This document shows positions 13,490 to 26,237 of a DNA stretch of 64,000 nt, in pieces; position 1 is the stretch's first letter, and the number at the start of each line of letters is the position of its first letter. This DNA is from the human T2T-CHM13v2.0 reference genome, Homo sapiens. A model generated the notes under the pieces. The model was given only the letters and a program-made list of their open reading frames with translations. It was not told where the DNA came from and made no database searches. The stretch lies in assembly GCF_009914755.1 (NCBI RefSeq), contig NC_060933.1, one strand, 5' to 3'. A program made the position numbers and the translations under genes.

Positions 13490-14010
13490 CTAGTAACTCC
13501 CTTTCTCCCTTTCTTCTAGGAATTCCCCTCACTCTATCCATGTCCTGAAAAGCTCCTATGTGCCCCCAGTGTCTTGGCCACAACTGCTTGCACTGAGAAA
13601 ATCACCGGAGTGAGTCAGCTTTAGCACATGGCACTTAAAGAAAGCCAGGAAGCCCCACTTCGGTGCTTAGTCCTATAAGGTGTGAGGCTTTAGGCAAGGC
13701 ATGTGTGGAGGTGAGATGCAAAGATAGATGCTATGGCAGGAATGGGGATTAGGAGGCAGAGAAAGAAAAATAACATAAGCAAAGAAGACATCCTTATGGA
13801 AAGGACTGGAAGCACTTGAAGTCCTGGTACCAGCCATTCCTGAGACCCAGCCACACTCCTGCTCTTGGATTCCAGGAGGCACTGAGTATCCTTCCAGTAA
13901 ATTCCATTTTCTGCCTATGTCAGGCCAACCTGGGTGTCTGTCCCTTGGAGCCCACAGTGCTCTGTGTAATACAGCCAGTTGGGCAACTCTTGCAAGAATC
14001 TGACTGAGAG
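13490..14010. mobile_element. MLT1/LTR16-type LTR relic
   Basis: agtaaattccattttctgcc...tgggtgtctgtcccttggagcc, LTR 3'-end style. Confidence 0.55.
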
Positions 14011-14214
14011 ATGCTAAATCCCTGGCTAGAAGCAGAAGTGGACACAATTATGTGGGGGGTGAAGGGGAGCAAATGCCGAGAGAAAGAAGCAAGGTCACAA
14101 TCACTACCCTCAAGGACCTGAGACCAAAGATGAAAAACACAACATTAAGAAATCCCATATTTTCACAGTGCTTTGCTGCTTCCAAAGGAGAATGATAAAC
14201 AGACTCTTACTGCT

Positions 14215-14740
14215 TCATTTATTCATTCAACAAATACTTAATGTGCTAGGGGGCACTTGCCAGGCACTCTCCAAGGTGCTGGACGTCGTGTGAACAAGAC
14301 AGACTCCATCTCTGGGCTCATGGAGCTTGCAATGCAGAAGGGAAGAGAGACAATAAACCATTCAATAAATATATGATTAAAAGCTGTGGTAGGAGTGCCA
14401 TGAGGAAGCACAACAGTGTGCACTGACAGAGAATAACAAGAAGCCTACTTTAGATGGAGAAGCCCTCTGTGAAGACACAATCCATGAACTAAGATAATGA
14501 GAAAGAAACAATTGTGTGAAGACTGGGAGCGGGCACTCCAAGGAGAGGAACAGATTGTGCAAAGGTCCTGAGGTAGGAACAAGCTTCCCAATGAGGCCAA
14601 CAGAATGCCAGTGTGGCTGGAAGGGAGTAAGCAAGGGCAAAAGGGTGGTAGGAGAGGAGCTAAAGAGGTGGCTGAGCAGCCCAAAGAGGGATCTCCTGGA
14701 CCATGGAAGGAATATGGACTTTCTTCTCAGTACCTACAAG
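14215..14740 (-). mobile_element. L2 3' end
   Basis: ttcatttattcattcaacaaatacttaatgtgc...gtgcaaaggtcctgaggtaggaacaagc. Confidence 0.85.
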
Positions 14741-15043
14741 GAAATACTTGATGCTGGGTTACCTCTCCTACTCTCTAGGTGCAGAAACTTGGGCTGATAG
14801 ATGTGAAGTGACTTGCTCAAGGTTAGCAAATAAATTAACACTATAACTTCTAATGTAATGCAGCAAGTTTGAGGAGGGAGAAAAAAGAGACTTCTCTAGA
14901 GAGAAAGCCCAACAGCAGTGAAGGGGATGATAGAGGCACATTTCATGGAGAAGGTGGCATGGAGTGGGGCCATGGGGGAGAGACTCACTGGACTGTGGGA
15001 TGCTACATGGATTGTTTTTGACTTGCTTCTGAGGACCACTAGA

Positions 15044-15225
15044 CCAGTGTTACTCAAAGTACTGCCTGTGGATAAGCAGCATCAGCATCAACTGGGAACT
15101 TTTAAGTAAAGCAAGACTCTCAAGTCCCACCTCAGGCTCAGTGATTCCAGGACCCTGGAGATGGAGTCCAGGAACCTGAGCACTAACACACTCTCCAGGT
15201 GATTCCCATGCATGTTGTAGAGTGC
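15044..15225. mobile_element. MER5A hAT-Charlie
   Basis: cagtgttactcaaagt...cagcatcagcatcaactgggaac...ctccaggtgattccc. Confidence 0.8.
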
Positions 15226-15339
15226 CTTACGATGGGTCCCCAGCCCTGAGAGTAGCTGACATCTTCCATTTGAACCTCAGTTACTAATATGCACAAACAC
15301 TCCAGAGTCTACTACTATCTAATTTTGTGGTAATATTTG

Positions 15340-15900
15340 TAGTTTCCTTATTCACGTTGTCAATAACTTACACACAATGACATGCAATGCTCTTAAGGGT
15401 ACAGATTGATGAATTTTTCCATTTTCATATACCTGCAAAACCATCACCCAAATTAAGATGTACAATATTTCCCACCCCATAGAACATATTTATGCTCCCT
15501 TCCAATCTGTTCTTCTCAAAGGAAACCACTATTCTGAGCACTATCTCCATAGAATACTTTTGCCTGTTCCTAAGCTTCATATAAATGGGATTACACCATA
15601 AGCACTCTTTAGTGTCTGGCTTCTGTTCTTCAATATTGCATCTGTGGCATTCTCTGTATTATTGTGTGTAGTGCCTACTTGTTCTTTTCGTATTGCTATG
15701 TAGTATTTCATTATGCGAATATATCACAATCTATTTATCTATTCTACCACTGATGGGCATTTGGATTGTTCCCAGTTTGGGACTATCATGAATAAAGTTG
15801 CTGGGAATATTTCTGTACTTGTGCCTTTGGAAGATAGATACCCAGGGATGGAGGGAGTTGCTCATGTTCAGCTTTCATAGACACTGCAGATCCTACATTC
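15340..15900 (-). mobile_element. L1M(C/E) 3' fragment
   Basis: tagtatttcattatgcgaatatatcacaatctatttatctattctaccactgatgggcatttggattgttcccagttt. Confidence 0.8.
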
Positions 15901-16795
15901 AATAGCAATGTCTGTGAGTTTGTAATATTTCATTTAATCTACAGAGCTCAGCAAGGACTATGGAAACTATGGGTGGACTCCTGACATGCCCTGTCAACAT
16001 AGGTAACTTGTTTCTTCTATCTGGGCCTCAGCCTCCTCATCTGTAAAATGGGTGGGAAGGCTGGCCAAATGGTTTAGACATGGAATTCTTTCAAATCTTA
16101 TGCAAAAGTCCCACATGTGTCAGGGAAAGAAACAAAACAAAATGGGGGGCTTGATTTAAGCTGGAAGGGGGCAAAGAATCCTCCCACCCCCAGCCGCTCC
16201 CTCAATATCTGAATTCCTGGGGCTCCTCATAGCCATGTTTGCCCCCCAGGGACCCAGGTTAACTCACAAAGAGTCTCTAATTCATTCTATGCATCTAGGA
16301 ATCTTCTCAACTTTCTCAAGGGGTTCAGTTTGCCTATCTGACCTCGCCAGCCTCAACCTACAGAGGAGCCCATGCCAGCCCAGGGCAGAAGCTGGGGAGA
16401 CAGAAGGAATCAAAACAAGGCTGCTGCTACTGCTGCTGCTAAGAAATTCCCTTGGTGGAGTAAGTTTGCATTTGACTGATCCTTTTTCTGTCCCTTACTG
16501 AGCTTTAAGCTCTAAAAAAATGCTGGTGGTATCTTAACTAGAAACGGTTGAATGAAATGATGGCATAGTTTATCCCAGGTAATGCAGTGGTGATTTTGAA
16601 TTTACATAATGTCAAGATGCTATATGTAAACTTTTGAAGAAGAAAAAAATAGTGATTCGAGAAGGGGGGAAAAAGTCATCCACTTATTCCTGTAGCCACT
16701 TCCAAGCCACGCTGATAGGAAATAAAATGTGGAAGAAAGAACAAAGGATAAGAGAGTCTACAGAGGAGAAGAAAAGAGGAAGAAGTTTCCACCGG

Positions 16796-17137
16796 TGTAT
16801 TAGTCCATTTTCACACCACCAAACAGAACTTCCCTGAGACTGGGTAATTTATAAAGGAAAGAGGTTTAATTGATTCACAGTTCTGCATGGCTGGGGAAGC
16901 CTTAGGAAACACAATCGTGGTAGAAGAGGAAGCAGGCACCTTCTTCACAAGGCAGCAGGAGAGAGAAGGAGACATTTCTGTCAGACATTTATAAAACCAT
17001 CTCATGAGAGTTCACTCACTATCATGAGAACAGCATGAGGGAAGCCACCCCCATGATCAAATCACCTCCCTCCCTCAACATGTGGGGATTACAATTTGAG
17101 TTGAGATTTGGGTGGAGACACAGAGCCAAATTTATCA
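16796..17137 (-). mobile_element. THE1D/MSTA solo LTR
   Basis: tgtattagtcc...gagactgggtaatttataaaggaaagaggtttaattga...gagatttgggtggagacacagagccaaatttatca; 5-bp TSD accgg/accag. Confidence 0.9.
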
Positions 17138-17609
17138 ACCAGGCACCATTGTAATCACCCATGTGAAATGCATATAAAGTGTTTGCTGGGGAAGATTCTG
17201 AAAGATAAAGTGACTTGACATACATTCTTATTCCTCCTTCCCCTCTCTAATTCTAACACCTCAGCTCCTATGGCCCTGAAGAGTGGCTTGTTTCTTCCTC
17301 TCCTGCCTTCACTGGAGCATTCACCAAATGTTTACTGAGCACTAAGTGCCAGGCAATGTGAATCCACCAATGAGCAGAATAGATGACTATGCCAGGGAGC
17401 TTATGTTCTCCCATAATGGTGTCCCTCTCCAGTGGTAACCAAAGCAGGCTTTCCTCCTTGTTGCTGTCATTATCTGATGCAGCAGAGCCTTCCACATCAT
17501 CCCCAGTGATCTCCTTCCCATAGTTTTCCCTTTTCAGCTCTTCCTCTTCCCACACCATGTTCCCAGTTCTTAGGTTCTCAGCATAAATGTGTATTCTAAT
17601 TCATCTTGT

Positions 17610-17975
17610 CATAGATCAGGTTCTTGAGATACAAACTCTAAGATAGATGTCTGCATTCAAGTTGTTTACTGGGGGGGGTGCTGTCAGAATTAACAGGTGT
17701 CAGGGAGTGAAGGAAGCAAGGTTGGGCAGATGCAGAAATTAAACTGTGATGCAGTTGCAACAGAGCTCTCAGCAAATTCAAAAAAAAAAAAAAAAAGCTC
17801 TAAATTACACAGAGATAACACTGCACAGTTGTCCCAAGTGTTGCCCCAGGGAGGGGGTGCAACCTTGGGTGAGGTGGCTCCCTTCAGCCAGGGGCAATTG
17901 CTTAGAGGGACTCAACTGTGAATCAACAGCAGTCAGTACTTCCAGCAGCTTCTGCATGGCATGCCATAGCTCCCA
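17610..17975. mobile_element. MLT1 LTR relic
   Basis: agggagtgaaggaagcaaggttgggcaga...aactgtgatgcagttgcaacagag...ttgggtgaggtggctcccttcagcc. Confidence 0.7.
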
Positions 17976-20420
17976 CTATAATGTCTACATTCTCCAAAGA
18001 ACCCAGCCCAGTGCCTGGCACCTAGAAGACACTCAGTGGTTTGTGGGTTGTGGGATTGGTTCTCAAATTTGTATGACAACATTTTATTATTTCTTCTTTC
18101 TGGTGTAGTTCTCTCTCATGTTGCTTGGTGCAGGTGTTTGTGTGGTCCCCACCATGTGGAAGGCACAGTATGGAACCTGGCAGATGGTTTTAGGTACAAA
18201 AAGACAGAATCTCTGCCATCTAAGGTTTCAAAATTTAGTGGGGGAAGGAGAGACAGATTTAGAAAGAGATGTAAGATGTGATGAAATATGATGAGGGCAC
18301 ATAGTAGACCCTATGCAAATATCTGCAAAATTAAATTCAATATTTTTGAGGAGATCAGAAAAGGCTCCATTTCATGCTTTTTTTAACTCACTAGGAAATT
18401 AAAAGGAAATGGTGAAGTCCGTACTATGAAGGGGTCGTAAGAGTTGAAGACCATGAAATGACCATATGATCATGTGATCTGTGGGGTCTCAAAAGGATGG
18501 AAAAAAAGAGGGGGGCTGAAAAGAAAGTGTCAGAAAGAAATACAATGAGATACACGGTCTTTGGTTTTCTGTGCATTTCCAGGCAATCACATGGCTGCCT
18601 GTGGCTTCCAGGCCTGATGTTAATTCCTCCTCCTAGTTCTGGCCCTGCTTGGTCTCCACCCATCTGCCTAGACTATCTGCCTTTGGGATCCATTGTTGGC
18701 CACCTTCAGGATGGAGCTGCACCTGCCTCCAGCACAGAGTGACCATCCCCAAAGATGGGTCCTGGAATCCCTAGGGGAAGAAAGACCTTAGATGTTACCC
18801 AGTTTGACCCTTGACTTTATCAGAGAAAACTGAGACCCGCAGAGGCAAAGGAAGCTGCTCAAGACAACCCAACCAGGTGAGTGACCGATCTGGGGCCACA
18901 GTCCCAGTTTGGTACTTCCTGTGCAGTGAAATTTCCACACCAGTGTCCCCTGCCCCACCCACCACACACTCATGACTTATGCACATTTATTGCACTGTTG
19001 GCTTTCTCTTTCCTCTCCAGGACTTTTCCTTATTAGGTTCATATGTGTGAGGTAGAATCTGACACATAAAGGATGAACAGTTACTTTTAAGTGAATTGGG
19101 TTTCTTCTTTCCCCATAAATGGCTTTACATGCTTTGAAGCTCAAAAATGATGATCTTATTAAGATGGCTTAGAAGCTCCTCACCTTCTCTGATAATCTGA
19201 AATAAAGGAGAAGGAATTCCCAACAATTGGGAGTGCTACACTTGGCATGTCAACTCAAGGGTCCTCACCCCAATTCTATGAGATGGGCAGGAGATGGGCA
19301 TGAAGAGCCTAATTTTACATGACAAAGCTTTGGCTCAGAGATGTGGAGTGAACTGTGCATAGCAAGCTTAAAGCCAGTCCATGTGATCTCCGAGCCCCGG
19401 CTCTCCCACTGTATCTATGAGGATGTGGAATGAAAGTCAGAGTGGCTACTTCCAGTTGAAGTTCTTTTTCTGGACATCATCAGAGGTACTTGCCTCCAGG
19501 AGCCAGCCCGGGTGGCTGAGCTGTGACTCAGAAATTAGAGGCTTGTGGTCTAGGAGCAGAGTTCAGCCCTCTGGCAGGCACAGTGCCACGAGCAGGGTTT
19601 GTGTTAGAGGTACTCATCCAGCGCAACAAGAGAGGAGATTATTCTAAATCATGTACAGTCTGACGTGACATTATTATTCTTAGACTATAAATCAACAGCC
19701 AAAATAAAGAAAATTGTTAGGTCTGGGTGGCATAAAATATGGGCACAGACAAAGAGACTTAGGGGTACAATTTGCTCTAAATCAGTTTAACCACCTTGCA
19801 GCTTCTCGCATTACAGTCTTAATCTAGCACATTAGCAAGATTAGTACGTGGTTTTTGCAATTAAATTGCATATTTTATTATGTCTCCTTCTTTCATGCTA
19901 TATAAACTTCCAGGAAATTACAGACTCATAAACTTTGGCATAAAGCAGGAGGCAGTAGGAAGCGGAAAAACCAGAAAGATGTTTGGGGGCAGCTCTGAAT
20001 TCCACATTCCATATTTTAATGTGATGTTAAAAAGTCCTCCATTAATACCCCCATTAGGGTAAAGAAATTTCAATGACTAGATGAAAGATGAGCCTCTCAA
20101 TGCGTATAACTGGGGTCCCTGGGGATTATGGGGCTTTTTTTATTACTAAGAAGGAAAGTTTAAGGTTTTAATATAGATGAGTTGGGGATGGTAAGTTATT
20201 GTGCTCTAAGAGCAAGAAAAATGCATTTTCTTCTGAGCTCCTGGCTTCACCATGGCTCCAATATACACGATTTGAGATCAGGACCCATTTTTAGTAAACT
20301 AGAGAGTGAAAATCCATTTGATAAGGGCATGTCTGGTGAGCTATTTCCTGTGACTTTGTCTTTGTGATTTGTGAGGAACTCATCCTCCCACATGCAGACC
20401 CATGATGCATATATGCACAA

Positions 20421-20443
20421 ACACACACACACACACACACACA
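20421..20443. repeat. (CA)n microsatellite
   Basis: Direct reading. Confidence 0.95.
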
Positions 20444-20779
20444 CCACATGCACATGCACAGATACACAAAAACACACAACCTTTCATAAACAGACCAACT
20501 TGCTTCCCTGGAATGTAACTCCATTCCACAACAGATTGGAAGGCTCAAGTTCAAGGCTTCTACTAGGACACATTTACACATTTCATGGGCTCATAGAAGG
20601 CTGGACATGGAAGAGATCCTCCAGCTCATCTCCTAGAACCCTCTCCTGTGAAAACCGAAGCAGAGAAGGCTGAGGATTTACCCAACATCTCAAAGCAAAG
20701 TACTAGCAGAAGTTCAACTTCTGTTTAGCAGAACTGAAAGTGTTGTCCAGATCCAGGGCTTCTTCAGCCTCCACTGGAG

Positions 20780-20965
20780 GCAGAGAGTGTGGTACCCAAG
20801 ACCAGGGGCATCAGACAGACCTGAATCCAGTCCTGACTCCACCTCTTTGACCTCATCTGTACAATAAGAAGCACTGGAGAATCTGTTTCACAGAGTGGTT
20901 GTAAAGGGTAACTAAAATTATGCCTGCCACATAGCAAGCCCCTAGTAAATGTCAACTGGTACTAT
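20780..20965 (+). mobile_element. MIR SINE
   Basis: tcagacagacctgaatcc...cctcatctgtacaataag...gttgtaaaggg. Confidence 0.65.
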
Positions 20966-22360
20966 TTCGATATTAACATTAGTCTTCTTGTCTGTGTGCT
21001 AGAAGCATGGTGGTGCTAGGAATTTGGTGTTCAGTCATCAAATGTTTACCAGGTGTCTGCTAAAGGACAGCTCTTGTGCTGCCTGTGAGGGAATACAGAC
21101 ATGAGTCAGACTAGGTCACTTCATGCTAAGCATCAGAGTCTGATGGGGGAGATGACCACACAAGCCAGTAAGTGACAGTCTGAGGTAGGTATGCTAACAG
21201 AGAGCTCTCACCAACTGCAAGGCTGCAGTGGTTGGTTACAGAGAGAGGAGGTAGAATGGCCATCCCAGCTTGCAGTACATGGAGGTTAGGTATGCAACAG
21301 CCAGGGTCCAAGCCTCAGCATTCCCACTGTTTTCAGCTGTGAGACACTCGCCAGGGCCTCCCTGGATCTCAGTCCTAACATCTGTGAGATGGGAGAGAAG
21401 GAATCCTGGAGCAGACACTGTGTACATCCCATCTACAGCTCTGACTAGCCGTGGAACTGAGAATGGAGTTCAGGTTCCCAGCAGGGTGCTGGGTTTCCAG
21501 GACACCTCAGCAACAAGGGTGGCTTAATTAGGATCTTCGATTGCTGAATTTCTTTGTCCTTTTCCAACAAATGAAGCTCGCATACTTAAATGCCCCCTGT
21601 AGATGGAAGACGGGAAGGGGATGGGCTTACAGTCCTCTCGTGGATGATGCCAGAACAATTTCCTCTTTTGTAGATTTATTTTTAACTTATCTGGGCAATC
21701 AGACCCTGCAATTCCCTGCCCTATCTCCCTCCATCTCCTTCTCTCCCCAGGCCCTAGTTTGATCAGAAAGGCAGAGCCACACATCTTCTGAATTGCTATG
21801 GGGAAAATATCTCATTGACTTGGCTCCCACTGAGATAAAACAAAAGTGCCCCAGAATAAAAGACAAGGTTGAATGAATGAAGAAGAAGTACTTGTTTAAT
21901 AACTAAGTGATCAGGTAATAATAACTAAATGAATAAAGGAATGAATGAACAAGAAGGCTAAATCATGGCCCACCCATGATGGTGGCTCTGCCCTCTGTCC
22001 CCCCCAATACCCCCCAAAACACACACACATTTTTTTTCTTTGCTCATCCTCTTTCTTATTGATATTAATGTTTGGCATATGTTACACATCGCTGTGAGAT
22101 ACTTTACCTTCTTTCTAGATTAAGGTAAGTCATAGATCAATTAATCAATAATGTCTAGTCCCAGTGTCCAACCCCAGGGCCTAACAAGAGGATGTATATG
22201 GAGTTAAATTCATAAAGTGGCCTTGCAAGTAGATACCAGCCAGCCTGAGACCAGGTTTGTCCTAGCTTGGCCCTGGGAGTGGTCTCAGAAAGGACCCACA
22301 GCCTATTCCATGCTCCACCTTCAGTACCAGGAACCCTGGGCCTGAGATCTGACCTTGGAA

Positions 22361-23192
22361 GAAGCAGAAATAGATCTTAGTCCAAGGACAAAGAAGCTGA
22401 AAGAGATCCTAGTCCAAGGACAAAGAAGCTGAAATAGATCCTAGTCCAAGGACAAAGAAGTAGAAATAGATCTTAGTCCAAGGACAAAGAAGCTGAAAGA
22501 GAACCTAGTCCAAGGACAAAGAAGCTGAAACAGATCCTAGTCCAAGGACAAAGAAGCTGAAAGAGATCCTAGTCCAAGGACAAAGAAGCTGAAATAGCTC
22601 CTAGTCCAAGGACAAAGAAGCTGAAACAGATCCTAGTCCAAGGACAAAGAAGCTGAAACAGATCTTAGTCCAAGGACAAAGAAGCTGAAACAGATCCTAG
22701 TCCAAGGACAAAGAAGCTGAAAGAGATCCTAGTCCAAGGACAAAGAAGCAGAAAGAGATCTTAGTCCAAGGACAAAGAAGCTGAAACAGATCCTAGTCCA
22801 AGGACAAAGAAGCTGAAACAGATCTTAGTCCAAGGACAAAGAAGCTGAAACAGATCCTAGTCCAAGGACAAAGAAGCTGAAAGAGATCCTAGTCCAAGGA
22901 CAAAGAAGCAGAAATAGATCTTAGTCCAAGGACAAAGAAGCTGAAACAGATCCTAGTCCAAGGACAAAGAAACTGAAACAGATCCTAGTCCAAGGACAAA
23001 GAAGCAGAAATAGATCTTAGTCCAAGGACAAAGAAGCTGAAAGAGATCCTAGTCCAAGGACAAAGAAGCTGAAAGAGATCCTAGTCCAAGGACAAAGAAG
23101 CAGAAATAGATCCTAGTCCAAGGACAAAGATGCTGAAAGAGATCCTAGTCCAAGGACAAAGAAGCAGAAATAGATCCTAGTCCAAGGACAAA
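22361..23192. repeat. Minisatellite/VNTR, 26 tandem copies of a 32-bp unit
   Basis: Unit gaagc(t/a)gaaa(g/c/t)agatc(c/t)tagtccaaggacaaa; 832 bp = 26 x 32 with no indels. Confidence 0.97.
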
Positions 23193-23849
23193 GAGAGGTG
23201 GCAGGAATGAAAATGAGAGACAGCAGAGGGGCCAGGGATAAGGCGGCAGCATGGGACAGAGGAGCCCTGGTGTGGGAACCTAGGGTGTAGGTGTTCGAGG
23301 CTGGCCCACAGAGCCGCTCTGTGCCCATGACAAGGTCTATCCCCCTCACTGGGCTGCAGTTTCCTTGTCTAAGAGACCTAGGCCCTATGTCTTCTCTACT
23401 CTGCCACTCCGACTCCCAGGGCTCCCCTGGAGAGGGAGAAGGCAGAGGGCAGTGGAACCAATAACAAAACAGCAGCAGAGTCAGGGGAAGCCTTGTCATC
23501 AGCGGGACTGCTTTGTCATCTTGTCTCCTAGGTGAGTATTTACAGAGCAGTATGCTTGCCCTCTGGGGGTGGACGGGGATAGAAAGGCCCCAAATGGAGA
23601 CTAGGGACGCTGTGTGCTCCCAGCTTGCTGTTTGACCCCGGGCAAAGTCCTTCTCACCTCTAAGTCCTAAGTCCTCATTTATAAAATGAAAGCTGCCCAA
23701 TGATCTCTAATATTCCTTTTTACTAGGAGTCTATGATGAAGACCCTGCCATTAAGAAGTTTTCTTGAGGAGGAAAAAAAAAAACATAAATGCATTCATTC
23801 ACAAAGCTCTATGCCCCAAAAGATATTGAGGAAATGTTTTAGCAAAATT

Positions 23850-24025
23850 AAGTGTTCTCAGGCATGGATCCACATTGCAGTCATCTCAGATGCCTTAAAA
23901 AATACCGATGGCTGGGTCCACCCATGGCAAGTCTGCTCTCATTGATCTGGGGTGTGGCCTGGGTCTGATTTTTAAAAGCACCCCAGGTGATTCTGATGAG
24001 CATCCAAGGTGGCAAATCCCTGTCC
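23850..24025. mobile_element. MER5-type hAT MITE
   Basis: agtgttctcagg...tttaaaagcaccccaggtgattctgatgagcatccaagg. Confidence 0.75.
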
Positions 24026-24272
24026 TAAGTCCACTACAATTGGGTAATCTTCACTCCCACTCCTGCCTTTGACATCATCCATTCTGGGAAGTTGCCAGTC
24101 TCAGAATGTAGCTACCTGTGGTCCAGCCAGTCTGACTATCCTGGAATCCATCCCTGCTGGCCATTTAAGCCATCCTTGGACTGACCAATGCCCAGATGGC
24201 CAGAGGCCATGTTGAGTTAAGGCCTCGGTCCTGCAGAAAACTATAAACCAGAGATAAAGAAGCTGATAGAAG

Positions 24273-25025
<753 letters not shown>

Positions 25026-25359
25026 CCATGAGTATAGGTCTTGACTCCATCTGAACACCAGCCCCAGTGTGCCCTGCCAGCTGTGCTCTGAGAGAAGGAA
25101 GCTGCCCTTCAAAAATGGCACAGCAAAAGCAAGGTGCAGGCTTATGCAAGGTGAGACACAAACAGCGGCCAAAACCTCCTTATCCTGGAATCCATCTCTG
25201 CTGGCCATTTAATATTCCTGCCACAACAGGCATCTTCTTGGCTAACAGCAGTAAGCTCCCTTTTATTTGAATGATAATTGGGTGGAATTGCCGCTTTTGC
25301 CTTCTAAAAATGCTTAAAAGAAAAGCACATCCACATATCTGGGTGGAAGGGAATTAATC

Positions 25360-25535
25360 AGCTATTAAGTTTTACCTGGCTACACATTAGTGTCATCTGG
25401 GGAGCTGTGAAAATTCCTGATGCCCAGGCAGCGCCCCGAACAAATTACATCAGAATCTTCGGGGTGGAAGAGGTATCACTATTTTTTAAAGCTCCCTAGG
25501 CAATTCCAACATGGAGCCAAGTTTGAGAACCACTA
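25360..25535. mobile_element. MER5A-type hAT MITE
   Basis: ctacacattagtgtcatctggggagc...catcagaatct...ccaagtttgagaaccact. Confidence 0.8.
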
Positions 25536-26237
25536 CTCCAGACCCAATTTCTTAGCAGGCAGACCACAATTTGAGACACTGGTGAAAAGTTAAATCACTA
25601 TTTGGCTATTTGTGCTCAGTGCCCAGATGAAGAAGAAAACCATAAAATCTTCCCGGAAGAAGCAACACTTGATTTGGGCTATGAAGACAAACTAAATCTG
25701 GAGAGGCAGAGGCGACCAGGAGGACCTCTCCTAGGCCCTGAAGTCTGCTCCCCTCTTCTGGAACACAGCCTCCCCTTCTAATTTCTTCCTTCCTCTTCCC
25801 TGCTTCCCCATGTCCCCCAGGAATAAGCAGAGCACTCCAGACAAATGTGATATTGAATGAAGAACATATGTCCTGCGTGCATTTAAAGAGCATTTCTCTT
25901 CCTCCTCACCAGTCTCATCAGGAAATAAGTTCCCTCCGCTTTCACATTTTGGGGACGAGCAGATGGCAAAAGTTTTGATTCAGGAATAATGTCCATTTGA
26001 ATGGCCCACGCTCAGGGGCCCCTGACTGTAATCAAAGGACCATCACAGACATGCAATCTGGACTATTTGAAAGTCCTTATTGCATCCAAAACTGAAATTT
26101 TTTCCTATCCCCACCCCCAGCCCAGCTTCTCCTGCGTCCCCATCTCAGTAAATGAATCCCCCATCAGCCCAGCCAGAAAGTTGGGCAGCAGCCCTCACTC
26201 TCCCCACTCACCCTGTGTATTCTTCCTCCCACGTGTG

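Noticed and set aside
18380-18445. Possible exon ttttaactcactag|GAAATT...GTC|gtaaga
   Set aside because: Weak donor context and no recognisable peptide; not supportable without transcript data
22361-23192. CRISPR-like array (32-bp repeats with a small palindrome)
   Set aside because: Units are head-to-tail with no unique spacers, there are no cas genes, and the context is primate DNA; it is a minisatellite
23113-23700. 195-aa minus-strand ORF
   Set aside because: Starts in MIR-like sequence, ends inside the VNTR, and has no recognisable homology
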